64,000 nucleotides of DNA from Longimicrobiales bacterium (GCA_965238005.1 OZ250165.1:4544001-4608000), one strand, 5' to 3'; counted from the stretch's first letter, positions 8,817-19,198 are shown. Translations and numbers: made by a program. The notes: generated by a model from the sequence alone, not told the origin.

Positions 8817-10130
8817 ATGCCTGAAGTCAGAATCCCTGCGGACCAGGTATTCCCGGTCCTGGAAGAGAATATCCTCGTCGATGGCTTCCACGTCGTCATC
8901 GACCTGGTGAAGTCCCACGGTGCGGTCATCGTCGACGCCCTGGAGGGGAAGGAGTACCTGGACTGTTACGGATACTTCGCCACCCTTCCTGTGGGCCACA
9001 ACCACCCCAAGATGGAGGACGAGGGATTCCGGATATCCCTCATGACGGTGGCCCTGGCCAACCCGGCCAACAGCGACATCTACTCCCAGGAGTTTGCCGC
9101 CTTCGTGAAGACCTTCCGGGAGCTGGCCGTCCCCGAGGACTTCCGGTACCTGTTCTTCATCGCCGGGGGAGCCCTGGCTGTGGAGAACGCCATGAAGGCC
9201 GCCTTCGACTGGAAGGCCCAGAAGAACCGTGCCCGAGGCGTCGACGGAGGGGCGGACAAGATCCTCCACTTCAGGGACGCGTTCCATGGCCGAAGCGGCT
9301 ATACCCTTTCGGTCACCAACACCGATCCCACCAAGACGAGGGACTTGCCCCAGTTCGACTGGCCTCGTGTCTCCAGCCCCTACATCGACTTCCCCATGGA
9401 CGAGGAGGCGGTCGCGGCCAAGGAGGAGGAGGCGTGTGCCGAGATCGAGGCGGCCTTCGAGAGCGACCCCGACGGGATCGCCCCCATTCTCTTCGAGCCG
9501 CTCCAGGCAGAGGGTGGCGACCACCACTTCCGTCCCGAGTTTTTCCGCAAGCTCAGGGAGTACGCGGACCGATGCGAGGCGCTCCTGATCTTCGACGAGG
9601 TCCAGACGGGCTTGGGATCCACTGGCACGATGTGGGCCTACGAGCAGTGCGGGGTGACCCCCGACATCATCTGTTTCGGGAAGAAGGCGCAGGTCTGCGG
9701 GATCATGAGCACGCGGCGCATCGACGAGGTGGAGACGAACGTCTTCCATGTCTCCAGCCGCATCAACTCGACCTGGGGCGGGAACCTGGTCGACATGGTA
9801 CGCTGCGCACGGTACCTGGAGATCATCCACGAAGACGGGCTGGTGGCGAACGCCGCCCGTGTGGGTGCCCTTCTCAAGGAGGGACTCGAGGGCTTGGCGG
9901 CGGACTTCGAGATTGTCACCAACGTGCGCGGCAAGGGGCTCCTCGTGGCCATGGACTTGCCCAATGAAGACCTTCGGGGACAGCTTTGGCAGGGCTGCTG
10001 GGACCTGGGACTCGCCGTACTCTCGTGCGGTCCGCGCTCGATTCGTCTCCGGCCGTCTCTGGTCTTCTCGGAGGAGCAGTGTGGCGAGGTCCTTGGAACG
10101 CTCAGGGAGGTCCTGGAGGAGATCGGCTAG
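8817..10130 (+). CDS. lat: L-lysine 6-transaminase (class III PLP)
   Basis: NPANSDIYS, GGALAVENAMKAAFDWK, FHGRSGYTLS, IFDEVQTG, FGKK, SSRINSTWGG; GGAG SD before ATG 8817. Confidence 0.9.
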   Translation: MPEVRIPADQVFPVLEENILVDGFHVVIDLVKSHGAVIVDALEGKEYLDCYGYFATLPVGHNHPKMEDEGFRISLMTVALANPANSDIYSQEFAAFVKTFRELAVPEDFRYLFFIAGGALAVENAMKAAFDWKAQKNRARGVDGGADKILHFRDAFHGRSGYTLSVTNTDPTKTRDLPQFDWPRVSSPYIDFPMDEEAVAAKEEEACAEIEAAFESDPDGIAPILFEPLQAEGGDHHFRPEFFRKLREYADRCEALLIFDEVQTGLGSTGTMWAYEQCGVTPDIICFGKKAQVCGIMSTRRIDEVETNVFHVSSRINSTWGGNLVDMVRCARYLEIIHEDGLVANAARVGALLKEGLEGLAADFEIVTNVRGKGLLVAMDLPNEDLRGQLWQGCWDLGLAVLSCGPRSIRLRPSLVFSEEQCGEVLGTLREVLEEIG

Positions 10131-10231
10131 GGCATCGCCCTGCCTGTGATCCGCATGAGAGCGGCCATCCTCTCGGAGCACGGTGCACCGGAGGTGGTTC
10201 ATGTATCCGAGATCGAACTAGTCCCGATCCC

Positions 10232-10555
10232 ATGAAGGAGGCCCAGCGTCAGGTCGACGAGTGGATCTCGCAGTTCGAGGAGGGCTACTGGCCGCCCCTG
10301 GCCAACCTCGCGCGCCTCATGGAGGAGGTGGGGGAGCTGTCCCGTCTGGTGAACCACCGCTTCGGCACCAAGCTCAAGAAGCCCGAGGAGGACGATCAAG
10401 ATTTGGCTGAGGAGCTGGCCGACGTGCTTTTCGTCATTCTGTGTATGGCCAACGAGCAGGGGATCGACCTGGAGGAGGCGTTCGAGCGCGTGCAGGAGAA
10501 GTACCGCGCCAGAGACGGCTACCGTTGGGCCCGCAAGAAGGTAGAGGAGGACTGA
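10232..10555 (+). CDS. MazG-like nucleotide pyrophosphohydrolase (YpjD-like)
   Basis: RLMEEVGEL, LAEELADVLFV, ANEQGIDL. Confidence 0.9.
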   Translation: MKEAQRQVDEWISQFEEGYWPPLANLARLMEEVGELSRLVNHRFGTKLKKPEEDDQDLAEELADVLFVILCMANEQGIDLEEAFERVQEKYRARDGYRWARKKVEED

Positions 10556-10562
10556 GGCGCTC

Positions 10563-10751
10563 CTAAGGCACCAGCGTGTAGTGACCGTGGATGCAGAGCC
10601 AGCAGCCGTCTTCTACGTATGGCGTCACGAGGGCCAGGGAGATGGCCGCCATCACTACCAGGACGTATGCGGGCAGGAAGGGCCACACGGCTTCGTCGGA
10701 GAGGCGAGGACCGGCGGCCAGAGTGGATATCAGGATGGACATGGCGGTCAC
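10563..10751 (-). CDS. Small hypothetical membrane protein (62 aa)
   Basis: GTG overlaps the upstream stop (GTGA); one hydrophobic helix; ends GCWLCIHGHY. Confidence 0.4.
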   Translation of the reverse strand: MTAMSILISTLAAGPRLSDEAVWPFLPAYVLVVMAAISLALVTPYVEDGCWLCIHGHYTLVP

Positions 10752-11875
10752 CTCGTGAAGTCAGTCAGGGTCTCGACGCACTGATCGATCTCGTCGATCG
10801 TGTTGTAGAAGTGGGGACTCACGCGGACGTGGCCCGGACGGTGGTCCACGATGATCCTTCTCTCTGCAAGATATTCTACGGCCCCCGGCGGATCTTCATG
10901 CTGGATCATGACGATGGCGGAGCGGTGAGCCGGATCGGGAGCGATGGTCAGCTGGAAGCCCGACTCCTGGGCTCGCTCCACAAGATGCTCGGTCAGGGCG
11001 CGGTTCTGATCCCGGATGGTTTCGATCCCCAGCTCGTCGATGATCTCCTGCCCGCCCAAGGCGGTGTGAACCGTCGGCAGTGCGGGGGTGCCGAGCTCGA
11101 AGCGGCGGGCGTCCTCGTGGGGCTCGAAGTTCTCGAGGTCGAAGTTGAACTGGTCTCTCGCCGCGAACCAGCTGGTGATGCGAGGCTGGAGCTCCCGTAC
11201 GAGCTCGTTACGGACGTAGAGGTAGGAGAGGCCGGGGCCCCCGCAGAGCCATTTGAGGGGGCCTGTCGTGTAGAAGTCGGCCTCGCCGGCACCCAGATCC
11301 ACCGGGATCTGGCCGGGGCCCTGATAGCCGTCAACGAGGAAGAACGCTCCCGCTCGGTGCGCTATGTCGGCCAGCGCATCCAGGTCCTGGATGTAGCCTG
11401 TGGTGTAGAGCACGTGGCTAGTCGCCAGGAAGGCGGTGCGATCATCGACGGCTTCGGCGAACTGCTCCGGATCGACCCGCACCCCGTCGTGGCTGGGGAG
11501 GACCACCAGTTCCACGTCGGGCTTCACGGCCCACTGGTAGGCCAGGGTGGGGAAGTCGAGCTCTGTGCAGACCACGCGGTTCCGCTGCCCGTAGTCGACG
11601 CTCTCGGCGATGACGGATAGGGCTGCGGACGTGGAGGGGAGTAGGGCGAGCTGCCCCGGCGCGGCTCCCAGGAAGCGGGCCACGTGGCTCCGCAGATCCT
11701 CGAGCTTCTCACACCAGGGGCCGTCCCAGGCCGAGGCCCCGAGCTCGTGCCACAGCTCCTGGAAGCTCTCCAGATACGCCATGGCACGGAGCGACAGAGC
11801 GCCCAAGGAGCATGAGTTGAGATAGATCTTGCGCTGGAGGATCGGGAACTCTGCTCGCACACTGGCGACGTCCAT
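10748..11875 (-). CDS. Class V PLP aminotransferase (kynureninase/cysteine desulfurase-like)
   Basis: YLNSCSLG, LDFPT, VDGYQ, LKWLCGGPG, RFELGTP, RVSPHFYNT. Confidence 0.88.
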   Translation of the reverse strand: MDVASVRAEFPILQRKIYLNSCSLGALSLRAMAYLESFQELWHELGASAWDGPWCEKLEDLRSHVARFLGAAPGQLALLPSTSAALSVIAESVDYGQRNRVVCTELDFPTLAYQWAVKPDVELVVLPSHDGVRVDPEQFAEAVDDRTAFLATSHVLYTTGYIQDLDALADIAHRAGAFFLVDGYQGPGQIPVDLGAGEADFYTTGPLKWLCGGPGLSYLYVRNELVRELQPRITSWFAARDQFNFDLENFEPHEDARRFELGTPALPTVHTALGGQEIIDELGIETIRDQNRALTEHLVERAQESGFQLTIAPDPAHRSAIVMIQHEDPPGAVEYLAERRIIVDHRPGHVRVSPHFYNTIDEIDQCVETLTDFTR

Positions 11876-11965
11876 GGGCTGTCCTCGGGGTTCTGCCGCT
11901 CTTGCTATGAGACTCGGGGCACGAAAGGATAGGTCTACCACTTCCGGCATCCTGGATCAACGCCC

Positions 11966-13108
11966 GTGCCCTTCCTGTATGCTTCCGCACCCTGGATCGC
12001 CCTGATCGTATATCTGGCCATCAGGGTGCGCTTGCCACGTCCTCTTTCCGCGGCAGGCGCTGTCACGAGCGATGTTCCCGTGGTGAGCGTGGTGGTCCCG
12101 GCACGGAACGAAGAGCGCAGCCTGCGCGACTGCGTGCAGTCCATCTGCGCCTCGGACTACCCCGCCTTCGAGGTGATCGTGGTGGATGATCGGAGTGACG
12201 ATGACACCGCCGAGGTGGCGCGGAGCATCGCTCCCAACCGGGCCCGGAGGGTCTTCGTCGTCGAAGGGGCCGAGCTTCCCGACGGGTGGTTCGGAAAGCC
12301 GTGGGCGTGCGCCCAGGGCGCGGGAGAGGCCCAGGGCGATCTGCTGCTCTTCACCGACGCCGACACGGTTCACGGCCCGTCGCTGATGGCGATGGCCGTA
12401 GCGGGATTGGAAGAAGACCATGCAGATGCGCTCACGGTCATAGGACGCCAGCTCATGGAGACGCTCTGGGAGCGACTGGTGCAGCCCCAGATCATGCTGC
12501 CGATGCTCCTGCGTTTCTCGAACATGCGACTGCCCTGTGAACCCAGGCGCTGGCGGGGGGCGATCGCCAACGGCCAGTACATCCTCTTCCGCAGGCCGGT
12601 GTACGAGGAGCTGGGTGGTCACACTGCGGTGAAGAACGACGTGACTGAGGATCAACGGCTGGCGCAGCTACTGTGCCGCTCTGGCAAGAAGCTCACGGTT
12701 CGGCGGGGCTCGACCGTGTTCGCCACCCGGATGTACCGATCGCTGGGCGAGCTGATCGAAGGTTGGTCGAAGAACCTGGCCACCGGGGCGCGTCGCTCGT
12801 TGCCGCCGTTGTCGAGGACCCCGTTGATGTGGCTATCGCTGATCTCAGGTGTGATCCTGTGGATGGTGCCGCCGGTGCTGGCCGTTCTCGGTGCCGGTGG
12901 GATCGCCCCGGCCGGATGGGCCGTTTGGGCTGCCTGGGTCACGGGAGCCAGCGCGGTCTTTTGGGCTGCCGCCAAGTGGTGGCTGGGCGCCCCGCCCTGG
13001 TACGGACTCCTCTATCCGCTGGGAGCCGTCGTGGCGGCCTACATCTTCGTACGGAGCTGGACCAGAGGAAGTCGTATTGAGTGGAAGGGCCGGGAGTACG
13101 GCACGTGA
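11966..13108 (+). CDS. GT2 glycosyltransferase, CrtQ/HpnB-like membrane type
   Basis: VPARNEE, VDDRSDD, GWFGKPWAC, FTDAD, ANGQ, ED, GWSKN, EWKGR. Confidence 0.85.
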   Translation: MPFLYASAPWIALIVYLAIRVRLPRPLSAAGAVTSDVPVVSVVVPARNEERSLRDCVQSICASDYPAFEVIVVDDRSDDDTAEVARSIAPNRARRVFVVEGAELPDGWFGKPWACAQGAGEAQGDLLLFTDADTVHGPSLMAMAVAGLEEDHADALTVIGRQLMETLWERLVQPQIMLPMLLRFSNMRLPCEPRRWRGAIANGQYILFRRPVYEELGGHTAVKNDVTEDQRLAQLLCRSGKKLTVRRGSTVFATRMYRSLGELIEGWSKNLATGARRSLPPLSRTPLMWLSLISGVILWMVPPVLAVLGAGGIAPAGWAVWAAWVTGASAVFWAAAKWWLGAPPWYGLLYPLGAVVAAYIFVRSWTRGSRIEWKGREYGT

Positions 13109-13172
13109 CGTCGGCCGGTGTGCGCGGATATGAGTACGGCGTTAGAGGTCTCGAAGCGCGGGAGCGCCGCCC

Positions 13173-14327
13173 ATGACGCTCGCCGCCGAGATCAAGGAGC
13201 GGGCCCGCGACTTGGGCTTCGACCTCGTGGGGGTCGCCTCGGTGGAGCCGAGCGTGCACATGGACCTGTACCGGGCTTGGATCGAAGACGGAGTCCACGG
13301 CGACATGGGCTACCTGTCCCGGGAGGATGCCCTAGCTCGCCGCGCCGATCTCGAGCGGACGTTGCCGTCCCTCAAGGCAGCGGTGGTGGTAGGCCACGAC
13401 TACTACCAGGAGGATCCGTCGGGTGTGCCGGACGATCCCGCCAGGGCCGTGGTGGCCCGCTACGCCCGGGGACGGGACTATCACAACGTCATCAAGAAGC
13501 GGCTGCTGAAGCTCCACCGCTGGATCGAGTCGCGGGCGGGGGGCCCGGTCGTGGGTCGCGCGTACGTGGACACGGGGCCGATCCTCGAAAGGGAGCTCGC
13601 GACGCGGGCTGGGCTAGGCTGGTTCGGGAAGAACACCATGCTCATCGATCCCAAGCGGGGATCGTATTTCTTCCTGGGAATCCTGCTCCTCGATCTGGAG
13701 CTCGAGACGGACGAGCCCTTTACGGAGGACCACTGCGGGACGTGCCGGAGCTGTCTGGACGCCTGCCCCACCGGAGCGCTCCTTGGGCGCGACGCGGACG
13801 GTGCCCCCGTCATGGACGCCCGGCGCTGCATCTCCTACCTGACCATCGAGCACCGTGGACCCATACCGATGGAGCTCCGGCCTCTCATGGGGAACCGCGT
13901 GTACGGGTGTGACATCTGCCAGGAGGTGTGCCCGTGGAACGAGAAGTTCGCGGAGGTCGGGCCGGAGCCGGCCTACCGGGCGAGGGAAGGGCTGGATGGG
14001 CCCGAGCTGGTCGAGCTGGCGGAGCGGTTGCTAGCGGTCGACGATGAGGGCTTCCGTGAGCTGTTCCGGGGATCTCCGATCAAGCGGGCGAGGCGGGCGG
14101 GTTTGCTCCGCAACGTGTGCGTGGCGTTGGGGAACTGGGGGGCGGAGGAGGCGGTGCCGGTGCTTGTTGCCGGGCTCTCGGATCCGGCACCCTTGGTTCG
14201 TGGACATGCGGCGTGGGCGTTGGGGCGTGTGGGCACTCCGGCCGCTCTCGCTGCTCTCTCATCCGCGCGTGCTGAACAATCGGATCCGGTGGTACTCGAG
14301 GAGATCGGCTTGGCTGTGGAGGACTGA
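13173..14327 (+). CDS. queG: Epoxyqueuosine reductase
   Basis: ARYARGRDYH, YVDTGPILER, GLGWFGKN, CGTCRSCLDACPT, CISYLTIE, GCDICQEVCPWN, HEAT tail. Confidence 0.95.
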   Translation: MTLAAEIKERARDLGFDLVGVASVEPSVHMDLYRAWIEDGVHGDMGYLSREDALARRADLERTLPSLKAAVVVGHDYYQEDPSGVPDDPARAVVARYARGRDYHNVIKKRLLKLHRWIESRAGGPVVGRAYVDTGPILERELATRAGLGWFGKNTMLIDPKRGSYFFLGILLLDLELETDEPFTEDHCGTCRSCLDACPTGALLGRDADGAPVMDARRCISYLTIEHRGPIPMELRPLMGNRVYGCDICQEVCPWNEKFAEVGPEPAYRAREGLDGPELVELAERLLAVDDEGFRELFRGSPIKRARRAGLLRNVCVALGNWGAEEAVPVLVAGLSDPAPLVRGHAAWALGRVGTPAALAALSSARAEQSDPVVLEEIGLAVED

Positions 14328-14451
14328 CCGTCCATGGGACGGGCGGACCTTCTTGCCGGTTGCACTACCCCACCACGCTGAACGGCAGTGGATTCGTGCA
14401 GTTGGGCGACGAACCGTCCCCCCCGCCTTCCGAAGTCGACTGGAGCGCCGG

Positions 14452-14685
14452 TCAGAACTCCCAGCGGAATGCGATCGTCGGAAGGATCGGGAGCAGCTCC
14501 TTGCCGTTCGACTGGATGACGGTCACCGCCCCGTCGTTCACCCGAGGGAAGAAGAAATATCCCCGAAGATTCGCCCGGTTGTACACGTTGAAGACGTCGA
14601 AGTAGGCCTGAAGCACGCCGCTCCCGACGTTGAAGTTTCTGGAGACGCGGAAGTCGAGCCGGTGGTATGTCGGAAGGCGGAGCCA
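14452..14685 (-). pseudogene. TonB-dependent receptor C-terminal fragment
   Basis: RLPTYHRLDFRV..DVFNVYNRAN..LLPILPTIAFRWEF with terminal Phe; no upstream gene body. Confidence 0.75.
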
Positions 14686-14693
14686 GATCCCAT

Positions 14694-14726
14694 CATACGT
14701 ATACTCACGACACCGATATACGTATG
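14694..14726. promoter_or_regulatory. Dyad operator-like motif, copy 2
   Basis: catacgtata-N13-tatacgtatg, perfect 10-bp IR. Confidence 0.4.
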
Positions 14727-14790
14727 CCTCTTCGAAGAGCAACTCTTCTGCCAGCGCTCGAGCACATCCACATACAGCGCTCCGCCCTCT

Positions 14791-16194
14791 TCAACGGCCC
14801 GGTGGCACCCCCAGCCGCTCCCGAGCCGTTCCCAGCACGGTCTCTGCCGCGAGCGCCGCGCCCAACAACGCCTCGTCCTGCCCGCCCGGGGCCACGAGCT
14901 GAAGCCCGACCGGCATCCCGGCCCGGTCGAGTCCCACCGGGATCGTCACCGCGCACAGTCCGAGCATGCTGACGGGGCAGGTGGGCCTGAGGGCTGCCCC
15001 ATTCGTCTCGACGTAGCGGCCGAGGTCGTCGAGATCCGACACGAGCGGTGGCGTGATGATCGCCGTGGGTAGGGCCAGGACGTCGGCTCTCGCAAACAGT
15101 GTGCTTGCCCGGGCCATCATCCTGTCACGCTCCGCCATCGACTCGGAGTACTTCTCGGACTCCAGGGACGGCGACCCTTCGAGTCTGCGGCCCACGGTCG
15201 GGTGGAGGATCTCCAACCAACCGGGCAGATCCCGCTCGAGGAACGCCAGGCACTCCGCTGGGGCGATGCCTCCGGTCATGTATAGATCTCGTGCCGCGTC
15301 GAGGAGGCTCCCATCCAATTCGGACCGTTCCCAACCGGCCGAGCCGAGCTCGGCCAGGGCCGCGTGAAGGACGTCGGCGACGTCGGCCTGGCAGTCAGAC
15401 CAGATCCCGCAACGAGGCACCGCGATCCGGATGCCGGCCGGGCCTGCTGGCGAGATCTCCCGGAGGAGCTCCTGGGGGTCTCCCCACGCGGGATCGACGG
15501 CGCCGAAGAAGAACACACCGTCCTCGACGGAGCGCGTGAGGCCGCCGACGCTGTCCAGCGTGGTGCTCAGGGGCACGACGCCCGCCACGGACCACCGACC
15601 GAACGTGATCTTGTGGCCGACGGTCCCCGTCATCGTCGCGGGAATGCGGATCGAGCCCCCGGTGTCCGACCCCAGGGCCAGAAGCGCGGACCCGGCCCAC
15701 AGGCTCACGCCGGCGCCACACGACGAGCCGCCGGGGATGCGATGGGCGTCGGCGTCCCAGGGATTCCGGGGGGTACCCCAGTGCGGGTTGATGCCCACGG
15801 CGCCGTAGGCGATCTCGACCATGTGGGTCTTCCCCATGAAGACGGCGCCCTGATCCCGCAATCGGCTCACCAGCCAGGCGTTCTTCTCCCACTGGTCCGG
15901 GAGGCGGCGAGCCGTCCCGGCGAACGTGGGTAGCCCCTGGACCCCGTACAGATCCTTCACCGAGACCGGGATCCCGCAGAAGGGAGGGGGGGCGGGGTCG
16001 GTGGCGAGCTGCTCGTCCGCACTGCGGGCTGCCTCCAGTGTGCCCTCGGGGTCCCAGTGTTTGTAGGCGTGATGGCTCGATCCGGTCGTCTCGTGCCGCC
16101 TTATGGCCTCTTCGGCTAGCTCGAGGGCCGAGAGCTCTCTCTCCCGTAGCGCTTCGGCAACCTTCGCGAGCGGTCGATCCAGAATCTCTATCAT
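14791..16194 (-). CDS. Amidase signature family protein
   Basis: GIPVSVKD, GKTHMVE, PGGSSCGA, LGSDTGGSIRIPA, MPVGLQL. Confidence 0.92.
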   Translation of the reverse strand: MIEILDRPLAKVAEALRERELSALELAEEAIRRHETTGSSHHAYKHWDPEGTLEAARSADEQLATDPAPPPFCGIPVSVKDLYGVQGLPTFAGTARRLPDQWEKNAWLVSRLRDQGAVFMGKTHMVEIAYGAVGINPHWGTPRNPWDADAHRIPGGSSCGAGVSLWAGSALLALGSDTGGSIRIPATMTGTVGHKITFGRWSVAGVVPLSTTLDSVGGLTRSVEDGVFFFGAVDPAWGDPQELLREISPAGPAGIRIAVPRCGIWSDCQADVADVLHAALAELGSAGWERSELDGSLLDAARDLYMTGGIAPAECLAFLERDLPGWLEILHPTVGRRLEGSPSLESEKYSESMAERDRMMARASTLFARADVLALPTAIITPPLVSDLDDLGRYVETNGAALRPTCPVSMLGLCAVTIPVGLDRAGMPVGLQLVAPGGQDEALLGAALAAETVLGTARERLGVPPGR

Positions 16195-16339
16195 GCGGAG
16201 ACGATACGCCGGCGGAGATCGGACGGCGAGTAAGCGGATGAGTATGCTTGCCCGAGAGCTGCTTCTTGCTACCCGCGGATGCCTGTTCTACCGTGCTCCG
16301 CACCCGCTCCTAGCGGTGCCATCGCCCAGGAGGCCGTCC

Positions 16340-17023
16340 ATGACCAAGCGGTACGACCGTCGCACGTTCCTCCGCCGAGCAGCGGCCGCCGGTCTCGTGG
16401 CACCGACCTTCCCGATCCTCGCGTGCGGCCCCGAAGGGACGACACGGGCCGAGGAGGAGGCGATCGCGGACGGGCCCTCCATCACCCGGCCCGTACTGCT
16501 CCCGTGGTCTGCTGACGCGGTGCGCATCTCGGCGCCGATGCACGAGCTGCCGATGGCATATGTGTCCAGAGGACTGCAGCGAGTCTTCGTCGATCACGAG
16601 TTCCGGGGTCGAGTCAACGTGATGTTGGCGGCCCACATATCCGTCAGCTCCGGCCTTTGGCGCATTCCGCTCGTGGGAGATGACCTGGGGGTCCCGATTC
16701 CTACCGACGACGCGCTCCGTGAGTTCGAGGAGGTCGACATCGGCGCATGGGACCCCGATATGGATCCCGTGGAAGGCGACTTCCGGATCGGGCGGGGCCG
16801 GCGCACGCGCGTGAGAGTCGACTTCGACTGTGCACCCATGTCGGGCGGGAACGGGTGGCTCAGTGCCGGGCCCGTTGAGATCGTCCAATGCCAGGCGCCT
16901 GGCGAGGAGCTGTGCCTGGAGGCGTTCATGAGCATCGGAACGGGGACCCACTATTCCCGCAGATACTGCACGGAGCCGGAGGGGGTGGTGCGGCTCGTGA
17001 CCTGGGCGTCTCCGGATCCTTGA
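16340..17023 (+). CDS. Tat-exported putative lipoprotein, unknown function
   Basis: AGGAGG SD; DRRTFL twin-arginine motif; ILAC lipobox-like. Confidence 0.7.
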   Translation: MTKRYDRRTFLRRAAAAGLVAPTFPILACGPEGTTRAEEEAIADGPSITRPVLLPWSADAVRISAPMHELPMAYVSRGLQRVFVDHEFRGRVNVMLAAHISVSSGLWRIPLVGDDLGVPIPTDDALREFEEVDIGAWDPDMDPVEGDFRIGRGRRTRVRVDFDCAPMSGGNGWLSAGPVEIVQCQAPGEELCLEAFMSIGTGTHYSRRYCTEPEGVVRLVTWASPDP

Positions 17024-17131
17024 TAGGCTATGTGCTCTCCTGGCGGGTGGGGAGTCGCAAGTGAAGTGACTTCGGGTTAGGGCGGCGAAGGCTCGAGCAC
17101 GCTGCGACCACCGTACTTCTTCAACAGGCCT

Positions 17132-18430
17132 CTAGAGCACGAGAAGGTGGTACCCAAGCCCCAGCCCGGCCGCCGTAGCCAGCGTCGTTATCATCCCTGC
17201 CCTGTAGCGTAGCATGGCGAGAGCAGCACCGAGTGCGAGTGCCAGGGCCGGCAAGTCGATGGTCTGGAGCGCAGGGACCAGGAGCCGCAGAGGTCCGGGC
17301 TCCACGGTGGCTACCTCCGCGAACAGGGTGTGGAGGGAGAATCATACGGCGAGGTTCAGGATCACTCCCACGATGGCTGCGGTTATGGCTTCGAGGGCAG
17401 TCTGCAAACCGGGCCGTCCTCGCAGGTGCTCCGCGAATGGAGCTCCTACGAAGATGAACAGGAAGCACGGGGCGAAGGTGACCCAAGCCGTGACCAGGGA
17501 CCCCAGGGCGCCGGCCGCCAACGGAGACAGCATTCCGGCGTGCCGATAGGCGCCCATGAACCCCACGAACTGAACCACCTGAATGAGTGGCCCCGGCGTC
17601 GTCTCCGCCATCCCCAACCCGTCGAGCATCTCATCGGGGGCCAGCCACTGATACACGTCGACGGCCTGCTGGGCGATGTAGGCCAGCACCGCGTACGCAC
17701 CGCCGAACGTCACGACGGCTGCCTTGCTGAAGAAGACCGCCTCGGCCACGAAGACGCTCGCCGTGCCGAACAGCAGCGCCAACAAGACGACGGGCGCGAA
17801 CCAGACGGCGAGCCACAAGGTCGCAGTTCGGGCGGCGGCCATCAGGGATGGGGCCCGCTGGCCCCTCGCCTCGGTAGGAATCGTGGAGCGGCCCCCCAGG
17901 TAGCCCACCAGGGCCGCCACAAGGACGATGAGCGGAAAGGGAACGTCGAAGAAGAAGATCGCGACGAACGCGGCCGCCGCGATGGCCCAGTGCCCCGGCG
18001 CCTTCAGGGTGCGGCGCCCGATGCGGACCAGGGCTGACACCACGACCGCCATCACCGCCGGCTTGAGGCCGTAGAAGACGCCAGCGACCAAGGGAGCGTC
18101 CCGGAGCTCGGCGTAGAGCACGCTGAGCGCGAAGATCGAGACGAAGCCGGGCAGGATGAACAGCGACCCGGCCACGAGCCCGCCGCGGGCACCGTGGAGG
18201 AGCCAGCCCAGATACGTGGCGAGCTGCTGGGCCTCCGGTCCCGGGAGTAGCATGCAGTAGCTCATGGCGTGCAGAAACCGCTCCTCGCCCACCCACTGCC
18301 GCTCTTCCACCACCAGGCGGTGCATCACCGCGATCTGGCCGGCCGGCCCACCGAAGCTCAGGAGCGCTACCCGAATCCAGGTGGGAAGGGCGGCGCGCAA
18401 GGGAACGGACTGCACATCGGTTGTGGGCAT
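17132..18430 (-). pseudogene. chrA: Chromate efflux transporter with in-frame TGA at 17342-17344
   Basis: SFGGPAGQ, LPGPEAQQ, TFGGAYAV, AETTPGP; frame continues past the stop (LNLAV*FSLHTLF..) to TAG at 17132-17134. Confidence 0.85.
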
Positions 18431-18435
18431 ATCCG

Positions 18436-19175
18436 TCAGCAAGCTGCCGTCCGAAAGTGCTCGTACAGGTCGTCGAGCATGGCGACGCCTCGATCGAGAT
18501 GTGCTTCGTCGTCGTCGTGGGCTCTGGTGATGCCGTGGATCAGCGATGCGACGCCCATGACCTCCGCCCGCCCGGACTTGTCGTCCTTGCAATCGATGTC
18601 GTGGACGATCTGCCCCAGCGCCACCAGGGCCGGGCCGTCCAGACCGAACTCAGCCAAGAGCGCCTCGAATGTGCAGGCTCCTCCGACGTGTGTGTACTCG
18701 CCCTCGAACATGTCGAACCGGAGCTCTCGCCCTCCTCCGGTTCGTAGCCCCGCGCGGGCACGAACTTGAACCGCGCCGCGGCGTCGAGGAAGCGTCGGAT
18801 GAGCGAGGCGCTGGCGATCCGGTCGACCGTGATACCGTTACGGGTCACCCATGTCCTCCCGGTCGGAAGCTCTTGCCCCGATGTGGTCCCTTCTCCGACG
18901 GGTTGCTCCGCCGTAGATCGCACGGAGTCCTGTAGGCGCAGGAGTGCACCCTGCGTCGCCGCCCGGCCCGGTGCACCGAAAAAGTCCATGGACATCACCT
19001 CCTCGAGCCGACGCTCGATCTTGCTCGTCTTCGTGCGAAGCGAGCCGAGGGATCGATCATCGCCCGTGTCCGAGCCCAGTTGCTCCGTCAGGGCGCGTGC
19101 GGAGTCCACCACGTCGCGGTAGTCGGCCTCCCCCGCCTCGCCGAATTGCTTGACGAGACGAGCGTCTGTCGTGCG
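18436..19175 (-). pseudogene. chrB: Chromate resistance protein, 5'-truncated and frameshifted near 18725
   Basis: MDFFGAPG, TWVTR..VDRIASASLIRRFLD; after shift RFDMFEGEYTH..CTFE..IVHDIDCKD. Confidence 0.8.
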
Positions 19176-19198
19176 GGAGTCGGGTGTGGGCGTGTCCG

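Noticed and set aside
11966..13108. Carotenoid or hopanoid biosynthetic cluster
   Set aside because: Only a lone GT2; no crt or hpn genes in the window.
7143..14327. queE as part of a 7-deazaguanine DNA-modification (dpd) system
   Set aside because: No dpdA/tgt-like or other dpd genes; nearby queG points to ordinary tRNA queuosine synthesis.
17024..17115. Integron attC site (gttagggc)
   Set aside because: No matching RYYYAAC inverse core, no cassette array and no intI.
17342..17344. TGA recoding (Trp or Sec) in chrA
   Set aside because: TGA is the normal stop for many genes here and partner chrB is also broken; a nonsense mutation is simpler.
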